Of a stretch of 64,000 nucleotides of DNA, positions 1 to 12,649 are shown in pieces. A program made the position numbers and the translations under genes. The notes beneath the pieces were generated by a model. That model did no database searches, was not told the origin of the DNA, and was given only the letters and a program-made list of their open reading frames with translations. Source of the stretch: Octopus sinensis. Lineage: Eukaryota. The stretch is from positions 70,556,001 to 70,620,000 of the forward strand of contig NC_043007.1 in assembly GCF_006345805.1 (NCBI RefSeq), in the 5' to 3' direction. Every line of letters begins with the position of its first letter. Positions within the stretch are counted from its first letter, which is position 1.

Positions 1-145
1 ATACACATTTAGATATACCTATACATAAATTTACACACACACACACACACACACTCACACACACGCACACATAAATTTACATATACCTTTCTATATATAA
101 ATTTATACACACACAAACATATGTATATATATATATATAATATAT

Positions 146-242
<97 letters not shown>

Positions 243-245
243 CAT
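1..245. repeat. (CA)n/(TA)n microsatellites. Others: 1636-1726 (CA), 6872-7150 (TA), 18737-18836 (GATA), 20155-20357 (GA/CATA/CA), 21376-21470 (TTA then TAG), 63921-63970 (TG)
   Basis: Read directly from the sequence. Confidence 0.97.
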
Positions 246-1023
246 ACATAAGCAAGTTTTTCACCAGGAGAAGCACTGCCCTGTATTCTTCTAATCATGA
301 TAATGATCTTTGCCGTTAGTAAGAAATAATCGATCTTTGTTTCAGCTCTCCTACGATTATGGTTGCTTTGAATTATGCGTAATTTCTTACTTAAGTATCG
401 ATTCCAATATTTGATTCGTATTTTGTTCCATCGATCTCGAAGAGACGAAATGCAAATGTAATCCGGGAGCATTGATGATAATGGGAGGGAGAAGAGGGAG
501 ATATTCTTTCCCCGCTCACGGGTGGTTGTTTATTTCATTAAATCCACCCCTTCCCCTTTCATTCTCTACCTCTACTCCAGATTTTAGTATACCCCTAATT
601 CCTAAAACCATCCCTCTATCGCTGCCTCGGAGGGATTCCAACTGATAATTTAAAACACTGGAATTCAATACCCTGAAACCCTAACAATTCTAATTCGGTT
701 TGATGAGGCTAAAATAACTTAAATATTTCTTTAAACGTGATGCTTGGTGTCTGTAAACTCGTTCATTTACTTGTACTACCGCTTCACAAATAAAAATAAA
801 AATATAGAAAGAAGTCAAGGTAAGAAGGCAAGGAATAGAAAGATAGAGTGTAAAAGATATTGTTTATTTCATCCCAAAACTAAGAATGACGTCAGGGTAA
901 GAAGTTATGTTAGAGTATGGCTTTAGGTAGAAAATATTGCGGAAATAGAAAAGAGAAGATGGTAAACTCGGCAATTAAAGAAGGTGAGGTTAAGATCTTT
1001 GAGATGTGTGTATGTGGTGGGGT

Positions 1024-1055
<32 letters not shown>

Positions 1056-1629
1056 TGGTGGTGGGGAGGAGAAATTTATCAAGTGAAAATTATATTAAAT
1101 AGTTTCTAAAAATTCTGTCTTTAAAACTTAGAAGTAGAAAAGCGGACGATTTATTGGGACTCACATAGCATTGAGTGGGATGTTGGGAGGGCAGGCAGGA
1201 GAATTAGACATGACTGAAACATGCAAAGAGGAGCGGCTGAAATATGGAGAGCCGGGGAAGTGAGTGGGTGGATAGGCGAGCAGGAAAAGAGAAGAGAAAT
1301 ACATGGAGAAAGTAAAAAAAATGGAAATGGTCGTTGGACGATATGTGGATTATATAAATAAACGTAAATGTGTCGAAGAGTGACGTTTGCGGGTGTGTGA
1401 AGGTGGGGGTGGTGGGTGGGGTGGTGCTCAGATTTTGTCTATTATTTGCCGCTTCAATTTGGAGGCAGTGAAAGAAATAGCGATAATTAAATCTATCTAG
1501 ACCTATTTGTTCATTCAACCAGCCATTCATTCTCTTAGTTCGTCAGCTTTCGCTTCTATTCATACATATACACACACGCCAACACATATACATTGTATGT
1601 ATGTATTATATGTATATAACGTACATGGA

Positions 1630-1728
<99 letters not shown>

Positions 1729-1932
1729 CAAACACACAGAGTGGTGCCTTTCGAGTTTGATTCGTTCCGTGACGGAGCTCGTAACGCAAATTAATTGCGT
1801 GTCAAATCAATTTTCCCCGGTTAAATGAATTGAAATGCCATTAATTCGTTCCGGGACCCTAAAAAAACACTGCGATTTATTTTGTTACATGTTTTTAAAT
1901 CAGAAAAAATGTACTTATAAATAAGGAATAGT

Positions 1933-2306
1933 TATTTCTTTATTGCTCACAGTGGGCTAAACATAGAGGGGACAAAACAAGGACAGACAAAGGAAATTAA
2001 GTCGAATTCAGCAACCCAGTACGTAACTGGTATATATATTTAATTGACCGCGAAACGATGAAAGGCAAAGTCGACCACGGCGGAATTTGAACTCAGAACA
2101 TAACAGTAGACGAAATACCTATTTATTTACTACCCACAAAGGGTTAAACACAGAGAGGACAAACAAGGACAGACAAACGGATTAAGTCGATTATATCGAC
2201 TGGTACTTAATTTATCGACCCCGAAAGGATGAAAGGCAAAGTCGACCTCGGCGGAATTTGAACTCAGAACGTAATGGCAGACGAAATACCGCTAAGCATT
2301 TCGCCT
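1933..2306 (-). mobile_element. SINE family A (tRNA-derived head, Meta/MESC-like central domain), dimeric copy
   Basis: B-box GAGTTCAAATTCC and CTTTCATCCTTTCGGGGTCGATAAATTAAGTACCAG core; two monomers with a junction at ~2118. The domain name is recalled, not searched. Confidence 0.85.
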
Positions 2307-2356
2307 GGTACTTATTCTATCGGTTTGTTTTGTCAAACGGCTAGGTTATGGGGACG

Positions 2357-3770
2357 TATTAAACTGACAAAAGGTAGGTTTCTTACTGTTGTCAGTATTT
2401 ATGCACCAACAATGTACTATTCTGATGAAACTGTAGGACAGTTTTATGATGATTTAACACAATTAATAAGGAAGTACCAATTTCTGACAAGCTAGTCAGA
2501 TTGGGAAATTTCAATACAAGAATTGGAAAGGTCTATGTTTCATGGCCTGTTGGTCGACATGGGATTGGAAAATATAATAAAAATGGAGTAGCTCTTTGGA
2601 TATTTTGTGCTGAAAATAATCTGGTTTAAGCAGAAAAATAAATATAAACCACCTGGATGCAGTCAAGATCTAAGCATTGGCATCTCATAGATTATATTCT
2701 GATCTGAAAACGTGATATGAAAGACGTTTCTAGCGTTGGGGCTATGGGAGGGGCAGAGAGCTGGACTGACCATCATCTAGTGCGTGGAAAAATTAATTTT
2801 TCGATAATGCCTAAAAATCGGCTGTCTGGTCCTAAGGTACCTAAAAAGTTAAATGTTGCAAACTTTAAATCATCGAGCAAAGATTCCACGATGCTTTAGA
2901 AAGTATCACTATTGACCCAAACAGTCTATGAGAAGATTTCAAAACAAAAGAATTTCAGGCTGCAAGTTCGTCAGTGGGATTTAAATCACATAAGTCCAGT
3001 GATTGGTTCTCTGATAGATCAGTAGACATTCATGATCTACTTTTAGAAAAACAAAACTTAGGCAGTACACTTCTTTCTCAGTCCTTGAACCCCAACTCAA
3101 ACGAAGCTTACAGAGAGCCGAAAAGGAAAGTGCAGACTGCTCTAAGGAAAATTAAACAAGAATGATGGAATAATAAAGCAAAAGGGGCACAAGAAGCAGC
3201 TGATAGAAATGATTCCAAGGGTGTGTACACTTATGTTAAGGAGGTATATGGCCCAAAATCTTCAATAGCTCCAGTGAGAACAGCAAACGGACATTTGCTT
3301 CTGACTGACACCGCTTCTATTCATAAACGCTGGGAAGAACATTTTTCGGCACTTTTGAATAGATCATCATTCGCTTACATGAGGACGATAGAAAAAATCG
3401 AACACCTTCCAGTTATAGAAGAGATGGCATTTGAACCAAAATCTAAATGATATTTATTTAGCTGTGAATAAGCTGAATAACAATATGTCTCCAGGGTCTG
3501 ATGGAATCTGTGCAGAAGTCTTGAAATATGGGGGTGACAAAATGTTTGAACTCTTGAATATATTAATTTGAGAAAGTACCTTAAGACTGAATTGATGCCA
3601 TTTTAATCTCCTTGTATAAATCGGGGATAAAGGATCTGTGTGGTGATTTTCGTGGGATTTCACTTTTGTCTGTGGTTGGAAAGGTACTTGCCCACATTTT
3701 GTTAGAACGTTTAAATACCTTCATAGTTCCAAATATAGTGTCTGAGTCTCAGTGTGGTTTTCGTTCTTAT
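2357..3770 (+). mobile_element. Decayed RTE-clade LINE fragment (APE endonuclease end to RT start)
   Basis: VSIYAPT, GRHGIGKYNKN, WTDHHLV, KRWEEHFSALLN, PGSDGI, FRGISLLSVVGKVLA and SQCGFRS occur across broken ORFs. Confidence 0.88.
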
Positions 3771-3779
3771 ATAATGTAC

Positions 3780-4760
3780 AGCTTTTACCTTGGAGATCAG
3801 GCGGCTTGAGGATGCTGACAGAGGTGGAAGAGAAATGCTGAACAGAATAACTGAATTTTATTCGCTGATTTTTGCCTGTAGTTCCTTTAGCTCCACTGTT
3901 GTTAGTTCCTCGGAATGCTCCTCAATGAGCTCGTTGTTGTCACCTTCATCCATGTCCAGGCCCATGGACTTGCCGAGGGATACAATCTCCTCTCTCACTG
4001 CCGCTTCGGGTTCGAGTCTTTCAAAGTCCGTTTCAGACACTACCTCAGTCAACCGTTTCTTCCACGCAGAGGTTAAGGTCCTCTTTGTAACACCCTGCTA
4101 AGCCATATCGATAACTCTTGGGCATATCATGATGTTATAGTGATACTTCCAGAACTCTCGAAGGGTGATGTTTGTGCTCTCTGTCACCTCAAAGCAGCGG
4201 CGAAACGGGTGCTTAGTGAAGACCTTCTTGAAATTAGAAATTACCTGCTGATCCATGGGCTGCAGGATAGAGGAAGTGTTGGGTGGAAGGTAGAGAACCT
4301 TTATAAACTTGGAGGATGTCATCTTCGAAGTTAGGTAGGTGAGCGGATGCATTGTCCAAGATGAGAAGGGCTTGCAAGGGTAGGTTATTTTCCTGGAGAT
4401 ATTTCTTAATGTCAAGACCAAAGACCAAATTCACCCATTCCACAGAGAACTCTCTAGTGACCCATGCCCTCGGGTTTGCCCTCCATATAACCTGCAGTTT
4501 TTCTTTCAGAATCTTATGTGATTTAAAGGCTCTGGAGTTTTCCGAATAATAAACAAGCAGCGGCTTAATCCTGCAGTCGCCGTTCGCATTGGCGCACAGT
4601 GTGAGGGTTAGCGTAACCTTTATGGGTTTGTGGCCTGGCATCCTCTTCTTCTCTGCCGTTATATAAGTCCTCCTTGGCATCTTCTTCCAAAAAAGACCTG
4701 TCTCGTCACAGTTGAAGACTTGCTGGGTGATGTATCCTTCGACTGCTATAATTCTGGCAA
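3780..4760 (-). mobile_element. Decayed Tigger/pogo DDE transposase fragment
   Basis: MPGHK...LCANANGD.RIKPLLVY, NPRAWVT, LLILDNASAH, LPPNTSSILQPMDQQVI and EHSEELTT match the DDE_1/Tigger pattern. Confidence 0.9.
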
Positions 4761-4795
4761 AAGTTTTGAGGTAATCTTAAGCCGCCTTTATATAT

Positions 4796-6321
4796 CAGGG
4801 GTCATAAATTGATTGGAACCTTTCAAATCAATTATTTTCCTAGCAATCAATTAATTTTAATTGGGATACAAGCCAATCAATTTTGCAATTAATTGTCAAC
4901 TATTTTGCCGAACGTAAAAACACCATATATTTTGGGGTGTTAGCTTTGATTTAGACAAGAGACCAAATGATAGGAAAATAAAAGGCACGTCTTATAGTTT
5001 CAAAAAACTTTACCATCAGAAAATGTTCAAAGTTCAATTTTATTGATTTAGAATAGGGAACAAACATGTATACTCTACATTGTACAGTAGTTGAAAAACA
5101 AATAAATTGAAGATCTTTAATTGAAAGAGTTTCTCAAACGAGTAGCACAATTAAAATGTTCTAATATAGCAAAAAGTCACGAACGACTGCAGATTTCTGA
5201 AACTAGGTCTTCATCCAAGAAAACGCAATTGACTTTTAGAAATAATTGCATTTCTAAATTCTGAATTCATTGGTGTTAAGTATTGCCGAAAATTATTAAA
5301 AGCGTAACCTGCTGAACTGAAGAAGCGTTCCAAGATGTTGGACGATGGTAACAAACATCTACAGTTCAGATATTACTGAAGTGAAATTTCATCTTTTTTG
5401 TGGTTTTTTCAAATAAATTGAAGCAAAATCATCGTCTTCTACCGATAAATCAGCTGATGTAGAGCTGTCACTTCATCCGCAGTTAGCTCTGCTTCTGCAT
5501 GTTGTAAACTTTTCATAACTCCGCTTTCAAAATTTGAGCTGAGAACAATGGCTTCCGGTGGAAGCAAATATTTTGAAAACTCCTCGTAAGGTTACACTGC
5601 GAGAATTTCGCCAGAAAGAATTCGAGTATCTACCAAATTTATTTCTGTTCTTTGCAAGGCGACTTTTACGGAGCGTAACTTTCCTAAATTGTCTTTTAGA
5701 GTCAGCAGATAATTATGATCGCGTGAAGTCAACAGATAATCAACCAGCTTTGGATCGCTTTGAAAAGAGTCTAAAAACGGCTTGAGTTGGATGTACCTCT
5801 CAATCATCTCATAAATACTGGATCAACTGGTTTTATTTCTTTATATAGGTTGCAAAGGCGTTTTTCCCGAAGTTTACCCGCAAGTTTTAGCTTGCCCATC
5901 AACATATTTTATCAAGCAGAACTTCCTGCTTGTCGAGATAAACAGAAACAGCTAGAGTGAATTTATGAGAAGTACATCCAAACAATGGTATTCTGCACAA
6001 ATTCGTTATAGATTTGTTCACTTCAGTATTATCTCCGGTAATAGCTACAATCAGTGGCGGCTCGTGTATAGAAACTGCGGCACTACAGTACCCCCTATTT
6101 CAACTCGATATTATCAATAACATTCAATATAATGAGTCCTTTCTTCTTTAATTCTTTCTTTATACTTGTACATTATATAATCTTTAAGCTTTATGTCAGT
6201 AGCCATCCCCTAGTTTATGAAAAAATATAAAAATCCTTGTATAATTAATTGCAATTAATTGATATGATGACAATCAATTATTTAATTGGTAGTACGACTC
6301 CAATCAGTTAAATGGACCACA
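4796..6321 (-). mobile_element. Decayed hAT-like DNA transposon
   Basis: The minus strand reads AITGDNTEVN...GCTSHKFTLAV...YEMIERYIQL. It starts CAGGGGTCATAAATTGATTGG, with a degenerate inverse near 6300-6321 and AATTAATTG subterminal repeats. Confidence 0.65.
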
Positions 6322-6480
6322 ATATATTGCAAGTAATTTTTCATTAATTAATTTTTAACAACTCGTGCTCACCATGGGAGTGAGTGCCGGTCCCCTTTTT
6401 AAAATTCTTGAACCAGTAGAAATATGTTGCAAAAAGAAAATAGAAACTACATGTAGAAATGTAAAGGGAAAGTAAGAAGA

Positions 6481-6857
6481 AAAAAAAGCGAAAATGCACA
6501 TTGTAAAAAAAAAAAAGTAAAGGCTTTTTATGAAAAGTAACGACAGATATATACAATTAGATGAACTGAGGTAGGAATAAAAGTAATAAAAGTCATTATT
6601 GTGAATTGTTAAAGAGATTCAAAAGCATACCGGTTTCGTGAATTTACTAATCATTGCTTTGAATGCACACCCATTCAAAGCAATGATTAGTAAATTCACG
6701 AAACCGGTATGCTTTTAAACCTCTTTAACAATTCACAATAATGACTTTTATTACTTTTATTCCTACCTCAGTTCATCTGATTGTATATATCTATCGTTAC
6801 TTTTCATTAAAAAGCCTTTACTTTTTTGATTTCCAATGTGCATTTTCGATTTTTTCT
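6481..6857. repeat. Long near-perfect palindrome (~185-bp arms, 6-nt loop 6666-6671), MITE/foldback-like
   Basis: ...TAATCATTGCTTTGAATG cacacc CATTCAAAGCAATGATTA..., with complementarity extending to both ends. Confidence 0.9.
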
Positions 6858-6871
6858 TCTTACTTCCCCCC

Positions 6872-6975
<104 letters not shown>

Positions 6976-6988
6976 GTATGTATATATG

Positions 6989-7062
<74 letters not shown>

Positions 7063-7067
7063 GTATG

Positions 7068-7155
<88 letters not shown>

Positions 7156-7582
7156 CATATATTTTTGTTAATGACTAATTCGTCTTTTGTGCTGGGCCAC
7201 TGGTAGTAATCTATATTATTACCCTTTTGTTTATATTCACATATTACTTGATAGATTTATTCGTAAAATTTTTTCCCGGCATGCCCTATATCGCCGGGTA
7301 TATTTTGCGTCTGCGCAGAGATTTGAAAAGTTAAGATCTGCAAGTTGTTGAGATCAACACATGTTCTAACGCGCTGCGCATCTCGATTCAATTTAGGCGT
7401 CTCGCTGTTGAAACCGGCCTTAGCAAACATATTCTGTCTGTTTTGCTAGAAAGAGGTAGAAACTGATATCAGTCCGGGATGTAAAATTATCGGTAAATGT
7501 TTTTGATTTTCACTCTCGATAAATTTATCCCTTTTTCGTGTCCCTAGCACTTGGCATCCTTATTTAGGAGCCCTTAATTATA

Positions 7583-7628
<46 letters not shown>

Positions 7629-7689
7629 TATATATATATGTGTGTGTGTGTGTATGTTAGTTAGTAAGTTAATTTTTTGGCTCAAAAAG

Positions 7690-8535
7690 CAAAAAGCAAG
7701 GCCATGTAGGGGGACATGGAGTTATGTACAGGGGTGTTCATGCAAAGAGTTCAGGCCATTTGTGGTCAAGAGAGACTTTGAACCGAGCGGTCGTCGGCAT
7801 CTTCACTATCTCGTCCGGCAGCTTATTCCACGGATCCGCAACCCGGACGGAGAAAGCCCCTCTCCTTCGATTGAGATGAAATCGTCGCAGATAGAGCTTT
7901 TCGGAATGACCCCGCAGCCGATGCTCTGGAGCAGGAGTGAAGAACAGCTCTTTCGAGAGGTTACACTTTCCGCTTATGATGTTGTGAGCAAGAATGAGAT
8001 CACCACGGCGTCGTCGTTTTTCTAGAGAATAAAGGTCGAGCGTCTTCAGCCTTTCTTCATAAGACAAATTCTTGAGACCAAGAACCATGCGGGTAGCCAG
8101 CTTCTGGACTCTTTCGAGATGATGTACGTCTTTGAGGAGATAAGGAGAAGAGGCTTGAATCCCGTACTCCAATATGGGTCTCACCAGCATGACATAGAGC
8201 GGTAGGAATATGGCTGCTGTGAGCATTCCGAATGATCGTCGAATCAAAAACAGAACTCCGCGTGCTTTCTTGGCTGCATGGACGCACTAGGCCGAAGGCG
8301 AAAAGGAAGAATCCACCAAGATACCCAGGTCCTTTACCTGGTCGGTCTTCTCCAGTAGCAGACGACCCGGCTCGAAATCAAGTTGAGTTGCAGGAGAAGA
8401 GCCAACAGGCAGATGACAGCACTTTGACACGTTCAGACACAGGTCCCATTCGTTAGACCATCTCCAAACTTGGTGGAGGCATCGACGAAGATCATCTATA
8501 TCACCGCGAGGAGCGACCAGTTTGTGTCAAGTAGG
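7690..8535 (-). mobile_element. 3' fragment of a CR1-like LINE
   Basis: KDLGILVDS, LYVMLVRPILEY, LERVQKLATR, SYEERL, RRRRGDLI, LRGH and WNKLP motifs, followed by a (TAAC)n tail. Truncated near the YADD motif. Confidence 0.9.
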
Positions 8536-8871
8536 CACACGTGCATGCGAATACATACATACACACATACACACATACACACATACATACATACATACAT
8601 ACTAACATACATACATATATATCGAGAATGTCGGTTATGTCACATTTCCGTGAAAGACATTGCAGCTGCTCCAAACTGTCATCAAAGTACTATTGCTCAA
8701 TGACAACATACAATGAAAAAACAATATACAATGAAAAAAAGACTGACCTTGACTAAATACAGAGATTCCTATTGTTATTAAATAAATGTATAAGTATCAA
8801 CACAAAAAATATTGGTGGAACATTCCGATCAAAACTTGTACCAAGTGTAAACATAAAACACTTGACATTGT

Positions 8872-9200
8872 TCTGTTGTGTCTGGGGAGAGTCATTTTCT
8901 TTTTGTGCCTTATAATGTAACACACTCACCGGTAAAATTTCCACTTTTTTCTAATTTTTATTTTCCTAAAATTTTCGTTGCGCCTTGCAACCTTTTCCAA
9001 TAGTCTTGACTCTGTCCAATATTTACACTATTTGAAGGAACGCAGTGTAAATAACAGATAGTCAAGACTATTGAAAAGGTTGCAAGACGCAACGAAAGTT
9101 TTAGGAAAATAAAAATAAGAAATAAGTGGAAATTTTACCGGTGAGTGTGTTATATTATAAGGCACAAAAAGAAAATGACTCTCCCCAGACACAACAGAAT
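8872..9200. mobile_element. MITE with ~160-bp inverted arms; a half-copy lies at ~31215-31360
   Basis: TTCTGTTGTGTCTGGGGAGAGTCA... pairs with ...TGACTCTCCCCAGACACAACAGAA. Confidence 0.8.
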
Positions 9201-10101
9201 ATGCTTCAACACACAAACTCATATAAAGAATCTTGCAAACCAAATCCAAAAACGAAACTTGACATTGTTATTTAGAGGCTAACTGTCCTATAGATGTGTA
9301 CATTTTCTTCCAAAACCAGCAAGGGAAATATTTATAGATAATTGCTTCGAAACCTCCAGCTTATCTACCCTGGTTATAATTCAAATTTATACCAATAATC
9401 ATCAATATTCTTGGTTGTTAAACACAATCTAGGGAAGCTAGGATTTTTAAGCAAAGAAAGAGACTGGCTAACGCGCACGTTAAGGATATAATCTGTAAGT
9501 GGAATAGTTAAAATATGCAAGGTTTTCTTAAAGTTCAATAAATAATGATTAATGTTGTTGCTACCCAAATTCCAGTGATAAAACTTTTGTTTCTTTGTTA
9601 GAAACTAATTCATTTCCTCTATGAAGAATTCCAATAAAATAAATGAACACACACGCGCGCCACATACATACACACATACATACATACATACATACATACA
9701 TACATACATACATACATACATACATACATACATAATTCAAAGTACCGTTATCTAAAATTTGAATTGTTAAAATTGACAACGACATGGTCATTTTGGATCT
9801 CAAACTGCCGAAAAGACCGCCATAAGATTAATTTCACGGCGAGACTTAATACACGGGAATATAACTGTATTTATTTATACTCCGGACAGGAAATTTTGAT
9901 AATAAATTTATTTCTAGAACGAGTGTTGTTGAAAAATAGTTAGATATCTAGGTTATTATTGTCAGCAGCAGGATTAAGCTTCTCTGCTTTAAATTATCTT
10001 GATGAAAATGATTTCTGGTGAGATAGCACTAAAGAGTATCTTGGCGTCTTCAGTGTAGTTCAATGTATGTAGAAAGTTAATATTAAGTTCCTTTATCTTA
10101 A

Positions 10102-11400
10102 ACTAGTAGTATCGCTCGGGTTTGTTTCGACCCTTTGGAATTGGAATTTTTGAAAAGTAAAAATTTTGCATTATGTAGCTTGTTATTCTCTTTAAGTGAA
10201 CATTTTTCTGGTTGAAATACACCGAAAAATGGCGACACAGCAGTAAAAAAATCGTAAAAAATAAGGATTTTCTTAGAAAAAAAGCACCTTTTTTATGTTA
10301 ATAATTTTTGGTGTTAACATGGTCCGAATTGAACTTTTTCTTCTACAGAAGGAAGAGCAAGTCTTCTATCATACTCTCAATTTTGGCCAACTTGCGCCGC
10401 AGGGTCTTGGAGGGGATAGTGTTAGTTGAAGGCTACCAAACCTGCCATACACAGACAGCTTCAGCTTTATAAATATAGAGAAGATTGGTTACAAGATAAT
10501 GAAATTTACAAGATATGCTTCGACAGCCGAACAGAAATTGGAACTTATTTCATCTTATTAACCATATGAAACTGAGGTGAAACTAAATATAAGCCGGAAG
10601 GCTGGAAATTGATAAATAGCGATAACTAGCATTACATCCCGGCGTTGCCCGGGTGTTATGACCTCCAGCAACATTGTATTATTTATTCCAGAATCGGCAC
10701 AGCTGATATATAGTGAAATGAATTACTGGCGTAATAGAAATTATTGTTTGTTTAAAAGTGAAGCGGGGAGAGGGTACAATTTACATGGGTTTGCATGAAA
10801 GTGCTTTCTGTTCTTAAGAAGGATTACAAACTATACATTGTTTTATCGTATAAAAGGGGGCTAATACGATTTTGCCCAGAAATCGCATTTTTAAAATTTT
10901 AATTTCTTCCGTCCCACCGCAATTTCTTAATTTGTACTTTTTTTCGAATTTTTTTTATCCACGTAGAAAAATACAGAGATTACGTATCTTGGAAATATAT
11001 ATATATTTTGAAAGTTTAATTTTTCTTAAAGAAACACTCAATGTCCCTTCCCCCACCTCGCCAACTCATCACCAACCCGCTTTCAAAAAGCTAAAACCAC
11101 CCAATGTCTCACTTTCGTTTGATGTTTCACGCATGCGTAGAATTGTACTGAAATAGCAGACGTAAAACACACCCGACCACTACAAGAAACCTCGACATGC
11201 TAGAAACAACAGGTAAACGACATTATTTCTGAAGAAACTTCTCCGCTTTCCAAAAAGCTAAAAGTGAAATGTTGGGGGTTTGTAGCTTTTTGAAAGTGGT
11301 GAGGTGATGGGTGGATTTTTGGGAAGAAGATTTTGGGAAGAAGATTTTTAAGATCAAACCAAAACTAGGCTAAAAGATTCTTGCTTAAGGTACTTTAGTA
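10102..11400 (+). mobile_element. Two Helitron/Helentron-type (DINE-1-like) non-autonomous elements (~10102-10460 and from ~10623)
   Basis: Starts of the form ACTAG...CCCGGCGTTGCCCGGG and an end of the form CAGCTTTATAAATATAG resemble this class (recalled pattern). Confidence 0.5.
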
Positions 11401-11486
11401 AAATCAACATTGCTGTTATTAACCCCCAAATTCTTTTTGTGTTATTTATTAATCTGTCTGACTGTGTGTATCACTGTGTGTGTGTG

Positions 11487-11544
<58 letters not shown>

Positions 11545-11644
11545 ATATACAAAAAGTTAATCCAAACAAGAAAACAAAAACAACAACGCAAGGACGTGGA
11601 ACAAATAAAGTATTATTGGACGCTCAGGAAAGCAGGGAAGGAGG

Positions 11645-11679
11645 GTTTGACGTTTCGAGCGGAGCTCTTCGTCGGAAAC
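11645..11679 (-). ncRNA. Minimal type I hammerhead ribozyme-like motif (U4C core variant) in a Penelope-type terminal fragment (~11572-11750)
   Basis: GTTT-CCGACGA-A-GAGC tcc GCTC-GAAA-C-GTC-AAAC. Helix I GTTT/AAAC, palindromic ACGT helix III. Confidence 0.6.
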
Positions 11680-11944
11680 ATAGGAGAAGGAAAGATCCCG
11701 AGAAGGGAAGACAGGGGAAAAAATCGCTAGTGATACAGACGAGGTCACATACTAAATATATATATATATATATATATTACTTGTTTCAGTCATTTGACTG
11801 TGGCGCCATGCTGGAGCACCACCTTTAGTCGAACAAATTGACCCCAGGACTTATTCTTTGTAAGCCTAGTACTTATTCTATCGGTCTCTTTTGCCGAACT
11901 GCTAAGTTACGGGGACATAAACACACCAGCATCGGTTGTCAAGC

Positions 11945-12269
11945 GATGTTGAGGAGGAGGGGGCAAACAGAGACACACAAACAAACACACACATACATAT
12001 ATACGACGGGCTTCTTTCAGTTTCCGTCTATCAAATCCGATTTCGATTCCAGGCAGTGACCTGAATAATATTAATAATAATAATAATTATAATAATAATA
12101 ATAATGATGATGATGATGATGATGATGATGATAATAATAAAATAAATACCTTAGGAATGAGAACCCAGGTTTGAAATTTCCCCAAGATACCTGACTTGGG
12201 GAAATTTCAAACCTGGGTTCTCATTCCTAAGGTATTTATTTTATTATTATCATTATTATTATTATTATA

Positions 12270-12300
<31 letters not shown>

Positions 12301-12423
12301 TATTAATATTATTCAGGTCACTGCCTGGAATCGAAATCGGATTTGATAGACGGAAACTGAAAGAAGCCTGTCGTATATATGTATATGTGTGTGTCTTTGT
12401 GTGTCTGTCCCACCCCCAATATC
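11945..12423. repeat. Inverted (fold-back) duplication, 8-nt loop at 12187-12194
   Basis: A SINE fragment, an (AAT)n tract and AATACCTTAGGAATGAGAACCCAGG are mirrored on both sides of CCCCAAG atacctga CTTGGGG. Confidence 0.92.
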
Positions 12424-12649
12424 CGAAACGGTGTGTTAACAACAAACAAGATGAGGACAAATATCCGTCAAATGTAAATAATGTACATAATTCCTCATCT
12501 CTTAAATATAGAACTGTATAATTTTAAAGTTGTTAAATGAAAAAAATTTTCAATTTTTTCTATCAGATAATGATGTCAAACAAATAAGTTTTAACAAATT
12601 AATCAAAAACAATTAAGAGAAACTCTACTTTTCTAATATGATATTGTTG

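Noticed and set aside
77-472. 131-aa ORF and the many similar YIYI/HTHT/ERER/CVCV ORFs
   Set aside because: They are translations of microsatellites that lack stop codons and have no domain signal.
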